Source: Lingula anatina
Taxonomy: Eukaryota; Animalia; Brachiopoda
Direction: 5' to 3'
NCBI GenBank assembly: GCA_051362555.1
Contig: CM120644.1
Location: 24,884,534-24,948,533, forward strand
DNA: 64,000 nt
The stretch's first letter is position 1; each line of letters starts with the position of its first letter. Under the pieces are notes generated by a model, which saw only the letters and a list, made by a program, of their open reading frames with translations, did not search any database and had not been told where the DNA came from. Positions 34,295 through 46,737 of this stretch are shown one piece after another. Both the position numbers and the translations under genes were made by a program.

Positions 34295-36544
34295 CCGGTG
34301 TAACATGAAAATCTGACTCCCATGAAAATGTGACTCCCCAGTCAGATTTTCATTATGAAAATGTGACTCCCCAGTCAGATTTTCATAATGAAAATGTGAC
34401 TCCCCCCATGAAAATTTGACTCCCCCTCCACAAAACTTTATAAATCTTATTTTATTTTGGGTATATGTCTGTGATCTTGTAGTATGTAAAATGGAGGATA
34501 CATTGGCACATTTTTTGTAGTTTGCAGTGAAAAGTTTAATGAAAAAATAAGAAAATTAAAAATTTGCACATAATGAAAATCTGACTCCCCCATGAAAATT
34601 TGACTCCCCCTCCACAAAACTTCAAAAAACTTAATTTATTTTGAGTATATGTCTGTGATCTTGTAGAATGTAAAATGGAGGATACATTGGCACATTTTTT
34701 GTAGTTTGAAGGTGAAAATTTTAATGAAAAAATAAGAAAATTAAAAATGAGCACATAATGAAAATCTGACTCCCCCATGAAAATTTGACTCCCCCATCAT
34801 AAAACTTCATAAATCTTATTTTATTTAGGGTATATGACTGTAATCTTGTAGTATGTAAAAAGGAGGATAGATTGGCACATTTTTTTGTAGTTTGCAGTGA
34901 AAATTGTAATGAAAAAATAAGAAAATTAAAAATGTGCACATAATGAAAATCTGACTCCCCCATGAAAAATTGCCCCCCCCCCCCACCCCCCATCAAAAAA
35001 CTTTATAAATCTTATTTTATTTTGAGTATATGACTGTGATCTTGTAGTATGGAAAAAGGATATACTGTCAATCAAGCAATAACCACAGGTATTTCAGTGC
35101 TCCAGGCCTTACCCATGGTAATTGTTTAATTGCAGTTAGGTAGCTGCCAGGGCTGTGACATGTTTGGTGGTAGCCTTGTGATCTGAAGTTGATTGCAATC
35201 AAGCAATGACCACAGGCATTTCATATAGCTTAGTGTGCAGAGATATCATTATATATACAACGAAAAGTATGTGGAAAATAGTGATATAATGACTGAATAA
35301 AAAATAATTGTCCTTTTCATGGGTGTAAAATAAATATTATACTGAATTTCTCACTATTTTTAAATTTCAAACACTTATTGCAAACATTTTTACCCACAAA
35401 ATTTAAATATTCCACATCTGTTCTCCATAAGAAAACTAAAAAGTAGAAACATTTAAGTGTGTGCTAAATATGAAATAAGTGCTTTTAACTAGGGGAGTCA
35501 AAATCCTACGGGTACAAGAATGCAAATTTATTATCCATTTTTCATTTATTTTCACGCAGTATTTTACCATAAAACTTTTTAATATTTCCAATAAAGTATT
35601 TCATAAAGTATCATAAAAGAAAAGTTGTCAGAATGATCATCAAACATCAAATAGCTTTTTATAGGGGAGCCATCGGGTGTTAGAAAACAAATTCTTAATT
35701 TTTCTTATTTTCATGTGTTTTATTACTTTTTTTCTCTCAATTTTTTAACCATGTGCACATTTTCAATTTTCTTATTTTTTCATTAAAATTTTCACTGCAA
35801 ACTACAAAAAAAATGTGCCAATGTATCATCCATTTTCCTTACTACAAGATCACAGTCATATACTCAAAATAAAATAAGATTTAAGAAGTTTTGTGGAGGG
35901 GGAGTAATATTTTCATGGGGGAGTCAGATTTTCATTATGTGCACATTTTTAATTTTCTCATTTTTTCATTAAAATTTTCACTGCAAACTACAAAAAATGT
36001 GCCAATGTATCAACCATTTTACATGCTACAGGATCACAGTCATATACTCAAAATAAAATAAGATTTATGAAGTTTTGTGGCGGGGGAGTCAAATTTTCAT
36101 GGGGGAGTCAGATTTTCATTATGTGCACATTTTTAATTTTCTTATTTGTTCATTAAAATTCTCACTGCAAACTACAAAAAATGTCCCAATGTATCAACCA
36201 TTTTACATTCTACAAGATCACAGTCATATACTAAATTAATTAGAGATTAATGAATGTTTTTTTGAAGGGGAGTCAAATTTTCATAGGGGAACCACATTTT
36301 CATTATGTGCACATTTTTAATTTTTCTTTTTTTTATGAAAATTTTCACCTGCAAACTACAAAAAAGTGCCAATGTATCATCCATTATGCATACTACAAAA
36401 TCATAGTCATTTACTGAAATAAAATGAGATTAATGAATGTTTTTTGGGGGGAGTCAAAATTTCATAGGGGGAGTCACATTTTCATTATGAAAATCTGACT
36501 GGGGAGTCACATTTTAGGGGAGTCAGATTTTCATGGTACACCGG
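34295..36544. mobile_element. Foldback element with mirrored arrays of a repeat of about 185 bp
   Basis: Termini CCGGTGTAACATGAAAATCTGACTCCC / GGGAGTCAGATTTTCATGGTACACCGG. Left-arm units start at 34573, 34758 and 34943; inverted units occupy 35750-36480. No TSD identified. Confidence 0.88.
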
Positions 36545-39500
36545 AAACGTTTGGTAAAGTATGGTCCAGGTCACTCAGTTTTAATTTTTATACCGCGTTT
36601 ATATTTTGTAGTTGTTCAGTCATGGTAAATTAGACATGGCGTAAGGAGGGGCTTTGCGTCACGGCTAAAGTATGTTCCCCAAAACAATTGTCAAAACGTT
36701 TTATTTTCTTTAAATACTTGCATTTGGTGTTTTCTGTTGCTGACCGAAAAAAAATATATATTGTGATTCCATGACAGATTGTCATTTTTGATATAATATT
36801 TGGATCACAAGGAGAAAATAATTTATTTAATGCTTTTTTTTTATTCAGTAACAAGCGACATAAAGACGCTAAAAAACAATTGACTGATCTATAAAGAAGA
36901 TATTTTCAACAGGTCTAATAAAAGGCAACTATAAAAGCCCTTGGAGACCCCGAAACTAATGCATGCAGCGATTTTAAAAATAGCTGATAAATTAAAGAAC
37001 TACGCATCTAGAAACTAAAGGCAAATGAGGCCACAGACCACATATTGTATCAAACCAACAACACTTACTTTTTCGCGCTGAGAAAACTATACGACATTGG
37101 TCAAAAAGGTTGTCCCACCCCCATTTCCATGTACTTTTATTTACAAATGATCACCTCACAGCTGTGAACTGTTAGAAATAGTGCTTTTTATTACGGATAC
37201 CGTGTCTAACATGATTAATGGTTTAAAAAAATACAAAATAGTGGTGAAAATATACACATTTTATACCATTTAGTAAAATTTATAAGGGGTACCCCCTCAA
37301 ATCGACTGTTTCACTGTGACTTCTACAGATTTAAAGAAATGTCTATAAAATTGAAAAGACACCATCAAATGTCACCAAATTCACACACAATTAGCATTAG
37401 GGTGTGCTCGTTAAAGATCACGTGCCTAACAGCGTGTGCGTCTACCGCGTACTGCAATGGGGAATACCCGCTTTAAGGGTATGCCGCTAGATGGCGTGGG
37501 GGTGAAAGCAGTCCTTCTAAAGTCTCGCACAATCTCGCTCAATGCTTTACACCAGAGTTTAACATGGAGCGTGTGCACGCGTCGCTGACAGTGAACCAAC
37601 TCAAACGCAATTTACTTGAATGTGGTGCCATAACATCTGGATGAAAATGTGAATTGACTGAAAGGTATGTGTTTTCTTTTCATTTAGTGCTTGAAAAACA
37701 CGAATGCTAACTATTTTCCTTGAAAAAATGAAAAATTAGTCGAGGTGTGTGTGTCAAATCTGACATGTTATGTACATGTAGACTACATGTTATGTACGAG
37801 TAGGCTTACGCTCATATTTTGTTTAAGTAGCACGAAAGACAAAGATTTTTTATACTTAATAAATGAACTCATTTATTTTCTTTATAAGGTTACCCAAAGA
37901 AGGCCCATATATTGGGGGCAAAGCCTGAAGCTGTCGATTTCAGGACTCCAGGACAGTCAACTTCAAGAGCAGGATAAAATGATTACTTCAGGAATCTTAC
38001 CTATCACTTCACATCAGCGGTAAAGATTGATGTAGCCACCAGTTATGCCTACCCTAAAGCTGACTTACAGGCGGCTGTGATGGACAACAACTATTTCCAA
38101 GTGCCATGAAAGAATAAAGCATGGATAGAGGGGATGATGTAAGTGAAAACAGAGGTCTTTGAGAATCGGGCCCAAATATCAAACTAGGTGATGTGTGACA
38201 TCATAGAATTATAATATTGTATCTAAACTATTTAATGCTGTAACCATCTACTATGCTTTAATGGGATATGAATATTTCAGGTTGAGGAACAACCAGCGAA
38301 CACTGAGCATAGCAAGTTATAACCCAGATAGCAATGAGCGGTCGGGCCGACGTCGGCATTGGTCGGCACGGTCGCGGTCGGCAGTCGTTGTCGGGCCGAC
38401 GTCGGGCCACTACTAGTGACCCGACGTCGGGCCGACGACTGCTTCACGCCGTTGGCCCGACGTCGGTATAACGGTGGCTCGTCAGCTTGACGGTTATTTC
38501 ATATTTTCCGTATTTTGCATCAAATTGTTAGGTAAGTATTTACTTTAAAGTGTTTATGTTTTTCGTACTATAGGTGGAGGTTTATATGTTGTATATGAAT
38601 TAACGAAAACAAGCAAATCTGTCAATAATTTGTTAGTCGTAGCTGCAGGCAGTTGGCGCGCTGCATGCCACCTTTGAACCAACGTCGGGGCGACGTTGGG
38701 TTTCCGGCGGCCAAAAAGATTTTCCCGCTCAAATTCTTTTATGCTTTGAAAGACATTTCAATTACCACATTTCATGTATAGGCAATTTATAAATGTGAAT
38801 GAGCAACGTTCTAGTACTTTTTTTGTACTTAGGAGTATATATTGTTTATATTTTCTCTAGTTGAATTTGAAATGCTTATATAATAGGGGTATATAGCAAG
38901 GCTGCATGATACTAACATGTAAACTTATAATGTCAGCATGGGTTTAACACTGGATAAACCTTATGGCATACATTCCAAACTGAGTTTAGCATTAAGGGGT
39001 ATAATGTCCACTCAGATTTTTACAGGTTTTCTGTTCAAAAATGGACCTCAGTAGGCTAACCTAAAATATCCAGAGGTGGTTCTTTTAGGGAGGGGGGGGG
39101 GGGGGGCAAGTTTAAATTGAATTTTTTTCTAGATGTTTAGTCAAATACCCACAGGGTATGATATAATCATGTTTCTTTTTTGGTTTAGGCTCATAATTAG
39201 ACAAGGCATTTTGTGCACATTACAAAGCCACACTTAATATGTATCTCATATTTCTCTTATAGTCTTCCATCATGCATTACTACCTATTTGTGGCCTGTGT
39301 TGAGCAGTCAATCCTCACAAGAAAACACACTTGAAAGGTATGTGTGTATATAGTTAAAGTGCTTCAGTGTCTCATTGCCATGGTAAGATGCAGTAGTTTA
39401 ACTTATATCATCCCTATCAATGGATTAAGTAGTAAACAACTAAGAAATTAATTTAGCCTACTTCTTGCCTGCGACTCTCTTCTGGAATTTAGTACATTAT

Positions 39501-40234
39501 TCTTCTTAAAATATATGTAAGTGACAGGGATGGGGGTAGGAGGAGGAGGCTGGAGAAGAAGAAGGGTAATATATTTAGCAGAGTAACCACTTCCCTGGAA
39601 AATAATTACATTATTTCGTCTATATTTCAAAGTATACATTAACAACTTCATTTCAATATGCAACATTACGAATAAGCGCGGGTGGATTGGATGCGAACTA
39701 GGAAATAAGTCATTAGAAGACAACTGAAACCAACGGTTCAATAATACGATAGAGAAACATGGATTGTTGATTCGTTGCGGCCAAAATCAAGCGTACAAAA
39801 CTAACCTGTCTGTCCCTGACCTCATAAAGTTTAGAACAATTCACATCGCAAATAGAAAAAATAATAGTTAGAGAAATGTGGATCAGTATCATGCTAGATT
39901 CCTTAAGCTTGGTTTCAGTTGTCTTCTTAGCCGTTTTTTATTTTGCATATCAGTGAAATAACATATGATATTAACGGTGAATTTTGTATGTTTTATTAGA
40001 TTAAGTGTGAGTTTTTATATTTTTTCTGTTCTCTTCACAGAGAGAGAAGCAGCCCAGGCGCCGCAGCAGAGTTCCTCAGATGAATCTTAGTCATCATCAT
40101 CATTCCTCTTCGTCCCGTGTGGGAATTAAGGCCACAGTCACTTCTTTCCAGCGTAGTGTCGTAGTCAAAGATATGCTGCAAATCCTGCGACTCACAGAGC
40201 GTCATCTATTTGATATGATGTTAACAATGCCATC

Positions 40235-40640
40235 AAATGTACGTCGGGGAAACGAGGCAGAAATTAAAAGACAGAATTTGTATATTTGTATATAAACAAC
40301 AAAAACCTCTTCGTGCCTGTGGGACAACACAACACTCAGCTAAAGACATCACCGTCACCGTCTTAAAAGGAAACGACACTAGGCAAAGACGGATCGTCGT
40401 ACAGAAATGTATTAGAACACTAGACACCTTGAATAATGGACTCAGTAGGGACAATAGTTTCTTAAATGAATATTGATTTTTTATATGTTACGTTTAGCGT
40501 TTAGGACGCTTTTGCAGCATCGCGTGCCTTTAACACATCATCGACGCCACATACCCCAGGAGTTTTTCTTCACCATTTTTTAATGTCTCTGAAGAAGGCC
40601 TAGGGACCGAAAGCTTGGATTATATATGACATCTGTAAAG
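40235..40640 (+). mobile_element. Penelope-like element 3' fragment (GIY-YIG endonuclease remnant)
   Basis: YVGETRQKLKDR...CIRTLDTLNNGLSRD resembles the Penelope GIY-YIG C-terminus and is followed by a hammerhead-like motif. Confidence 0.7.
40583..40632 (+). ncRNA. Minimal hammerhead ribozyme-like motif (Penelope type), probably degenerate
   Basis: ATGTC-T-CTGAAGA-AGGCCTAGGGACC-GAAA-GCTT...GACAT: CUGANGA and GAAA core boxes, an ATGTC/GACAT stem and a palindromic AAGCTT. Stem II is imperfect. Confidence 0.55.
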
Positions 40641-43600
40641 TAGATCTTTAGAGATGCATCAGTAATAATATTTATTTTCAATAACTAATTGAATTATCGT
40701 TATTAACTCACTCAGATTTATAAAGATGTTTCTTCACAAAACATGATTCACGTTGTTATTATTATTATCTTTTAGGCCAACGGGACTTTTTCACTTCAGT
40801 GAGAGGGTTATTACGAAGAAACGCCGCTGCTACCCTATTGCCAACGTTCGCCAATTGATTCATAGCTGGCTGACCATGGAGAGTCCATAATAACATTGGC
40901 TAATTAAAGAACGGCATTATTTGCATAACGGTGGTAAAACGATGGTTAACGACGTTGGCGCGAAGTTGGCAAGAAGGTGGCACCGTTGGCATAACAGCGG
41001 CTAACCGCCGATAGTAATAGCTCATAACGACGTTGGCCCAACGTTGGCGCGACGTCGGCAAAAGGTCGGCATTATATATAGTGGCTGACCGCCGGTTATC
41101 GATAATAACGTTGGCCCGACGTTGGCGCGACGTCGGCAAAAGGTCGGCATAACAGCGGCTAACCGCCGATAGTAATAGCTCATAACGACGTTGGCCCGAC
41201 GTTGGCGCGAAGTTGGCAAATTGTCGGCATGACAGCGGCTGACCGCCGTTTATCCATAATGACGTCGGCCCAGCGTCGGTGCGACGTTGGCAAAAGGGTG
41301 GCAGACCACCGGTGGGCCGACGGCGGGCCGCCGGACACGCCGACTTCGAACCGACGTCGCCTGCCAACGTTGGCCCGACGGAGGCAAAGTCGTCGGGCCG
41401 ACGTTGGCGCGACCACTCTTTGCTATCTGGGAACAAGGAAAGAGCGCAATCTGACACAAGGAGAGACAATGGCGGATCACTGCTTCCAGATTTGGAGAGA
41501 TAATTGCAGCTACAGAGAAGAAGTATATAAACAAAATGTATGAATCATTGTTGTGTCCAAAACCATTCCAGACACATGACAGTCGGACCCGGACCTGATT
41601 TCCCCTTTTGGAATGTGTATCTCGTGCACGAATTTGGGCCTAAAGAAAACCCGCAAATACTATACTCAGTTAGAAGGCCAGATGTTCATTACAAATCGCC
41701 CATTCTGCTATTTTGTTGTGTTTACATTCAAAGATCTGTTTGTGGGGTTGATTCATTCTGACACTGGATATTTTTTTACATGTATTTTGCCCAGGATAAC
41801 TTTTTTTAATGAAAAACACTATAGGAAGTATGTGTCAGCTAGTTTATAGAAAGTACCCCTGTATGAGATGGTTTTAGCTGAAATCACAATTTTGAAGTGC
41901 AATTTTAAAAAAATGTTTTAACTAAAATGAAATAATTTGGTGGTGCTATATTCTTTACAAAAAGTACTTGCCTGTTGATGCTGTTTTTAATAATATTTAA
42001 CTGTAATGAAAAAAACCTATTATGCTATTTTGTAAAATATTTTTAGTGGGATGAAATAATTTGATAGTTGTATTTACAGCAAATTGTTTTTTTTTTTTTT
42101 TTTGCTTTTTAAAGAATTTTCAAAGTGATGACATAATGTGGTGGTTCTATTCAAGTAAAATAATTCATAAGTACTATTTTGTAAAAAGGAACAAAAAACT
42201 GTGTTCGTTTGTAAAATGTTTGCTTTATTTAATTTTTATTTCTTAAACTGTTACAAAAAGTTTCCCGTACCTACAGTAATCCATTGGCTGAGAAATTGCA
42301 GCTATACATTCAGGAAAGTAATAGCACAAATAAATTATCTAAGTATTACATGGTTTCATGGTTTTTACTATGGACTGAATAATTATTTTGTTTAAATAAA
42401 ATATTTGGTTTTGCTACTTTTTAATGAATTTTCAGAGCGATGAAATAATATGGTGTTTCTACTCAAGTAAAACAAGTAAAACTTGTAAAAAAAAAAACAA
42501 CAAAAACTGTTCATTTATAAAATGTTTTCTTTCTTTAAATTTTATTTCTTGAACTGTTACAAAAAGATTTCCAAACCTGCATTATTCCATTGGCTGAGAA
42601 ATTGCATCTATACATGTACAAATAAATTATCTAACTATACCTAGTTTTATGATTCTTACGATGTACTGAATTATTATTTTAAATAAAACTAATTATTTAA
42701 TTAACATTACCGGTCATGCTCAATACATCAATAAAAAAGGATATTACTTAATAACACAACCTTATACGGGTAGTAGGCTACCGGCACTTATGTATATTTA
42801 CTGACAACTCTTCTGAAGTTGCGGACATAAGAAAACGCACTTTGATAAATCATACTTCCTAGGGGTACTTTCTTGCTATGGAGCTCTCTTTCCAAAACTT
42901 TATAAGTTTTGCCAAGATCAATTAACCTTTTTCCGTGTATTCTTTTTGAGGCAACTCGTCTATCTTTAGGGGCCTAATTACTGTGCCTGGGTCAAGTTGT
43001 AACTGTCCCTTTAACATGCAAGGTGTGTTGACATGGGCAACCCTTCACTTCAAACGAAGCCCTGAATCCTCAGGAAAATTATGCCCACCTTGCCGACTTT
43101 AACATTCAGGTACACAACAATACTGAGGCAAGTTTATTAAGGCCAGTGCCACAGTCCAACACATGTTATTTCCAAAATGGCGACTGTGGAATGACTGAAT
43201 TCACACTAGCGACACCTGGTGCCAAGCGGGCTGGTATCCCCCATTATCTCCTGTAGATGGCGCGACAAGCCTTCAACATGGGTAACAATTCTGTTATGTG
43301 GGATATTGTCCCATTCATCCTAAAGAGCGTGGCGGAATTGGTCAAGATTCTTTAGAAATTGATTCTCCTCTGCAATGCACATTCCAATTTATGCCACAGG
43401 TGCTCAGTAGGATTAATATCAGGACTCAAAGACGGTTGTCCCATCCTCAGAGCCCTGTGTTTCTGCAACAAATCGTTTGCCAGACGAGAGTTGTGAGCAA
43501 GTGCGTTGTCATAACGAAGCCAGTAGCATCCCTGAAGTCACCTTTTGCAAATGGAGTGAGATTTCTGTTGCGAATGTTACATTAAAATGCCCCTGTTACG

Positions 43601-44569
43601 TTTTGTTCCAAAAGGAACAATGTACTAATACCATGGGCTTGGAATGTTCTCCAAATGCGGATTGATCTAACACCTCAGGCGATATTACCCTACACACACC
43701 CTTCCGAGAGGCATTTTTTAACATGTCTATGGACCCTCTTTGACCATCGATGGGATACAAGAAATAATTTGATTCTACATCAAAATCGACTTTCTTCCAG
43801 TGATGGATGGCCAGGTTCAGGTGCCTGTGGGATCACTGAACGTAGCATTCTCAGCTGATATCTCATTCCATCTTCAAGAACTGACTTTGGGGTTAACTTC
43901 AGGTTTTATCATGACTTCACACTTGCGCACACCTCTCGCCTGGCAAGTGTTTGTTGAAGAAACACAATGGTCTAACAATGGAACCACCATCTTTGAGCCC
44001 TGATATTAAACTTACTAATCAACTGTGACATGAATTGGAGTGTGCAATGCAAAGGAGAACCAACCCCATAAAAAACGTGGACCAACTCCCCCAACTTGTT
44101 TAAGAAGAATGGGACAATATCCCACAATACAGAATTGTAACCCGTGTTGAAGGCTTGTCGCGCCGTCTACAGGAGATAATTGCAGTACGCGGTAGACGCA
44201 CACGCTGTTAGGCACGTGACCTTTAACGAGCACATCCTAATGCTAATTGTGTGTGAATTTGGTGACATTTGATGGCCTCTTTTCAATTTTATAGACATTT
44301 CTTTACATCTGAAGAAGTCACAGTGAAACAGTCGATTTGAGGGGGTACCTCATAAATTTTACTAAATGGTATAAAATATGTATATTTTCACCACTATTTT
44401 GTATTTTTTTAACCATTAATCAGGTTAGACACGGTATCCGTAATAAAAAGCACTATTTCTAACAGTTCACAGCTGTGAGGTGATCATTTGTAAATAAAAG
44501 TACATGGAAATGGGGGTGGGACAACCTTTTTGACCAATGTTGTATAGTCAGCAGGCATCAACATCTCAG

Positions 44570-44897
44570 TGTATCAAACAAATCGTCTTTCTCGGGGCAG
44601 AAAATTTTAAGTGATAGATACAATACGAGTCGCCGAGCTGTACGTGAAATATTACGAGTGTATTGGCGAGCCGCAGGCGAGACAATACACGAGTAATTTT
44701 CACGTACAGCTCGGCGACGAGTGTTGTATCTGGCTTAAACCACGGCCTCTGATTGGCTACTACACTAGTAGTGCAACAGACCGTGGAACGCACTCGTACA
44801 TGACGTGCTTGTATGTCGCATACAGCACGGCCGAGTCTTTTGTTCTACGCACTAGCCGTGGTTTAAATAATCAACTATCATCTTTGTATCATACAAA
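44570..44897. repeat. Small hairpin-rich non-autonomous element, unclassified
   Basis: Inverted pairs gtcgccgagctgtacgtgaaa/tttcacgtacagctcggcgac and ttaaaccacggc/gccgtggtttaa; the direct repeat tgtatca.acaaa sits at both ends. Confidence 0.6.
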
Positions 44898-46737
44898 GAA
44901 CTGGAAATGGTGTATATCCACCTTTGATGTTGTGTCTGGAGGATAGTTGCTCGCCGCTGCCGCCGCGTCTTTCCTATAGTTGAGCAATCTATAATCACGT
45001 ACCTCCCTATTTCTTGTGGACGTTTATGTTTAAATGTATTTTAACGACGACACGTTTGCATTCTCTGTATCCACGTTTGGTGGCAGTTCGTACGTGTAGA
45101 AAATCCTATTTACGACTAATTCAGTAGGTAGAAGTTAAACGGAATTTGCTAAATCCCAGACTTTTGCTGCATTTTGAGTTGGCAAAGACGGTGACACAGT
45201 CAGGCGAGTTATTTTATTTTATTTTATTTTATTTTTTATTTTATTTTATTTATTTATTATTATTTTATTTTTGAGAACAAGAGAAAATTAATGCACGGGC
45301 GGATGTCATGCATAAATTAAATCGGTGTAGCCTTAATTGAGTTAAACAACTGAATACTTATAATGAAAATATTTGTTTTTATTTTAATTTTATTTTAACA
45401 TTTCCTTTAAAGTTAACATAAAAAGAGATAAGGCAATTTGTCAACTGTTATTTAATAACGTGTAGTACTCGGAACTGTCTGAACTCTTGAAATAAGGTAC
45501 TTCCAAAATATCCCCCTCCCCCTCACGTCATCTCTCCTGAAATCCCGACCACAGTTCACCATAATCTACCAGTGACCTGCATAGCCTCTGTTTAGTTCAT
45601 CTGCCTTACAAAGATGGACTTTCACAAAAAACAGTCTATTTTCAGGCATCAGTTCCAACACGTAGGCCTACTTGGTTAAAGCGTTCAGAACACGCACCTA
45701 GAGTCATACAACTTCAAAAACACAACAACGATACAAAAATTGGTGCAGGAAGTGCTCCAACTGTATTTTCACGAGTTGGGTTGTCACAAAAATAAACATA
45801 CTCATTTTGTTGCCTATAGCTATAACAGCTTGTCTTGTCACGTGACTACATCATACAATTTACTTTGTAAACTAAAAAGTACCAGTGCCTCTGAAAATCC
45901 GAAAACTGTAAAATACGATAGAAATATCTAGTCTTATTTTTTGACACCAGTAATAAATATTATACTATATAAAAATATAAAACATTTTAAAAAATTGGAA
46001 TAATTACGAAATGAATCGACTTTGTGTAAATCTTAATTAACGCTGAAGTTTAAAGTATTATTCAGACTATAACGCCAAAAAATACCCAAATCCGCACAGT
46101 TTGATAATATAAAAGTCGGTAAAATAAATTTCATCCATAGCTGATACATCTGTGTGTTCAAATATCTGCGTTTAATCCTCTTGTAAGGGCGACATAATAC
46201 ATGTAAATTTTATTGTCGAAGTATACATGTATATTTTTAACTTACTCTACGCAGGTCCCAGTGATATTCATCCCGTTTTCTTACTACTGTTTTCAAAATG
46301 GTATTATCAAGCCTTATATAGAGCTTATAAGCATCAGAACTCAATTTGTGTTATTTGTACACATAATCGTTTCCTTTCCTATTTATCGGGGATGCCCGCT
46401 GCAGAAGAAAGCATACTTGTTAATTTTGTAGGTGCACGAGGCCCGATTGCGGTAGATGACACAGCGGTGATCTTCTCATTGCGCTGCACAACACTTGCTT
46501 TAGTTGTGAGAATCAATACACGATATTTGATCGGGCCCATGAAAATTTATCCTCAGTAAAGTTAGCAGAATGTTCTCTGCTTAATACGAATCCGTTCCAA
46601 GACCGAAGAAATCTGAATTTCCGAGGAATTTGATTGCTCCTTGATTTCCGAGTACCTTTGCGAGTTTTCTTTTGTTGATCTTGCATAACAAAGGTGCAAC
46701 TAACGTTCCTAAAGCTCGCAGACAGGAAAGTGCCCAG

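Larger units (their letters stand above)
38323..41431. mobile_element. Non-autonomous EnSpm/CACTA-like element
   Basis: Termini CCCAGATAGCA/TGCTATCTGGG, 2-bp TSD AA, and many subterminal CC(G/A)ACGT(C/T)GG palindromes at both ends. Confidence 0.85.
37459..43242. mobile_element. Decayed ISL2EU-type transposon (SAP plus YqaJ-like exonuclease on +, DDE transposase remnant on -)
   Basis: AT TSD; termini GGGGAATACCCGCTT / AAGCGGGCTGGTATCCCCC. SAP-like LTVNQLKRNLLECGAITSG*KCELTER at 37564. RITASRFGEI near 41473 and YYTQLEGQMFITNRPFCYFVV (YqaJ). On the - strand, DRRVASKRIH...KTYKVL near 42890-42965. Excision restores the Tc1 arm. Confidence 0.85.
37092..44542. mobile_element. Tc1-derived foldback element whose two arms are both transposase 3' ends; host of nested insertions
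   Basis: TATA on both sides. 37092-37458 plus 43243-43400 is the reverse complement of about 44020-44542. The arms encode SPDINPTEHLW, EEWDNIP and RRLQEIIAVRG (Tc1 C-terminus). Confidence 0.85.

Noticed and set aside
34536-34996. Two similar hydrophobic ORFs
   Set aside because: They are translations of the 185-bp tandem unit.
40900-41543. Several overlapping GC-rich ORFs and a CRISPR-like look of spaced palindromic repeats
   Set aside because: These are EnSpm-like subterminal repeats with irregular spacing and repeated rather than unique spacers, in a eukaryotic context with no cas genes.
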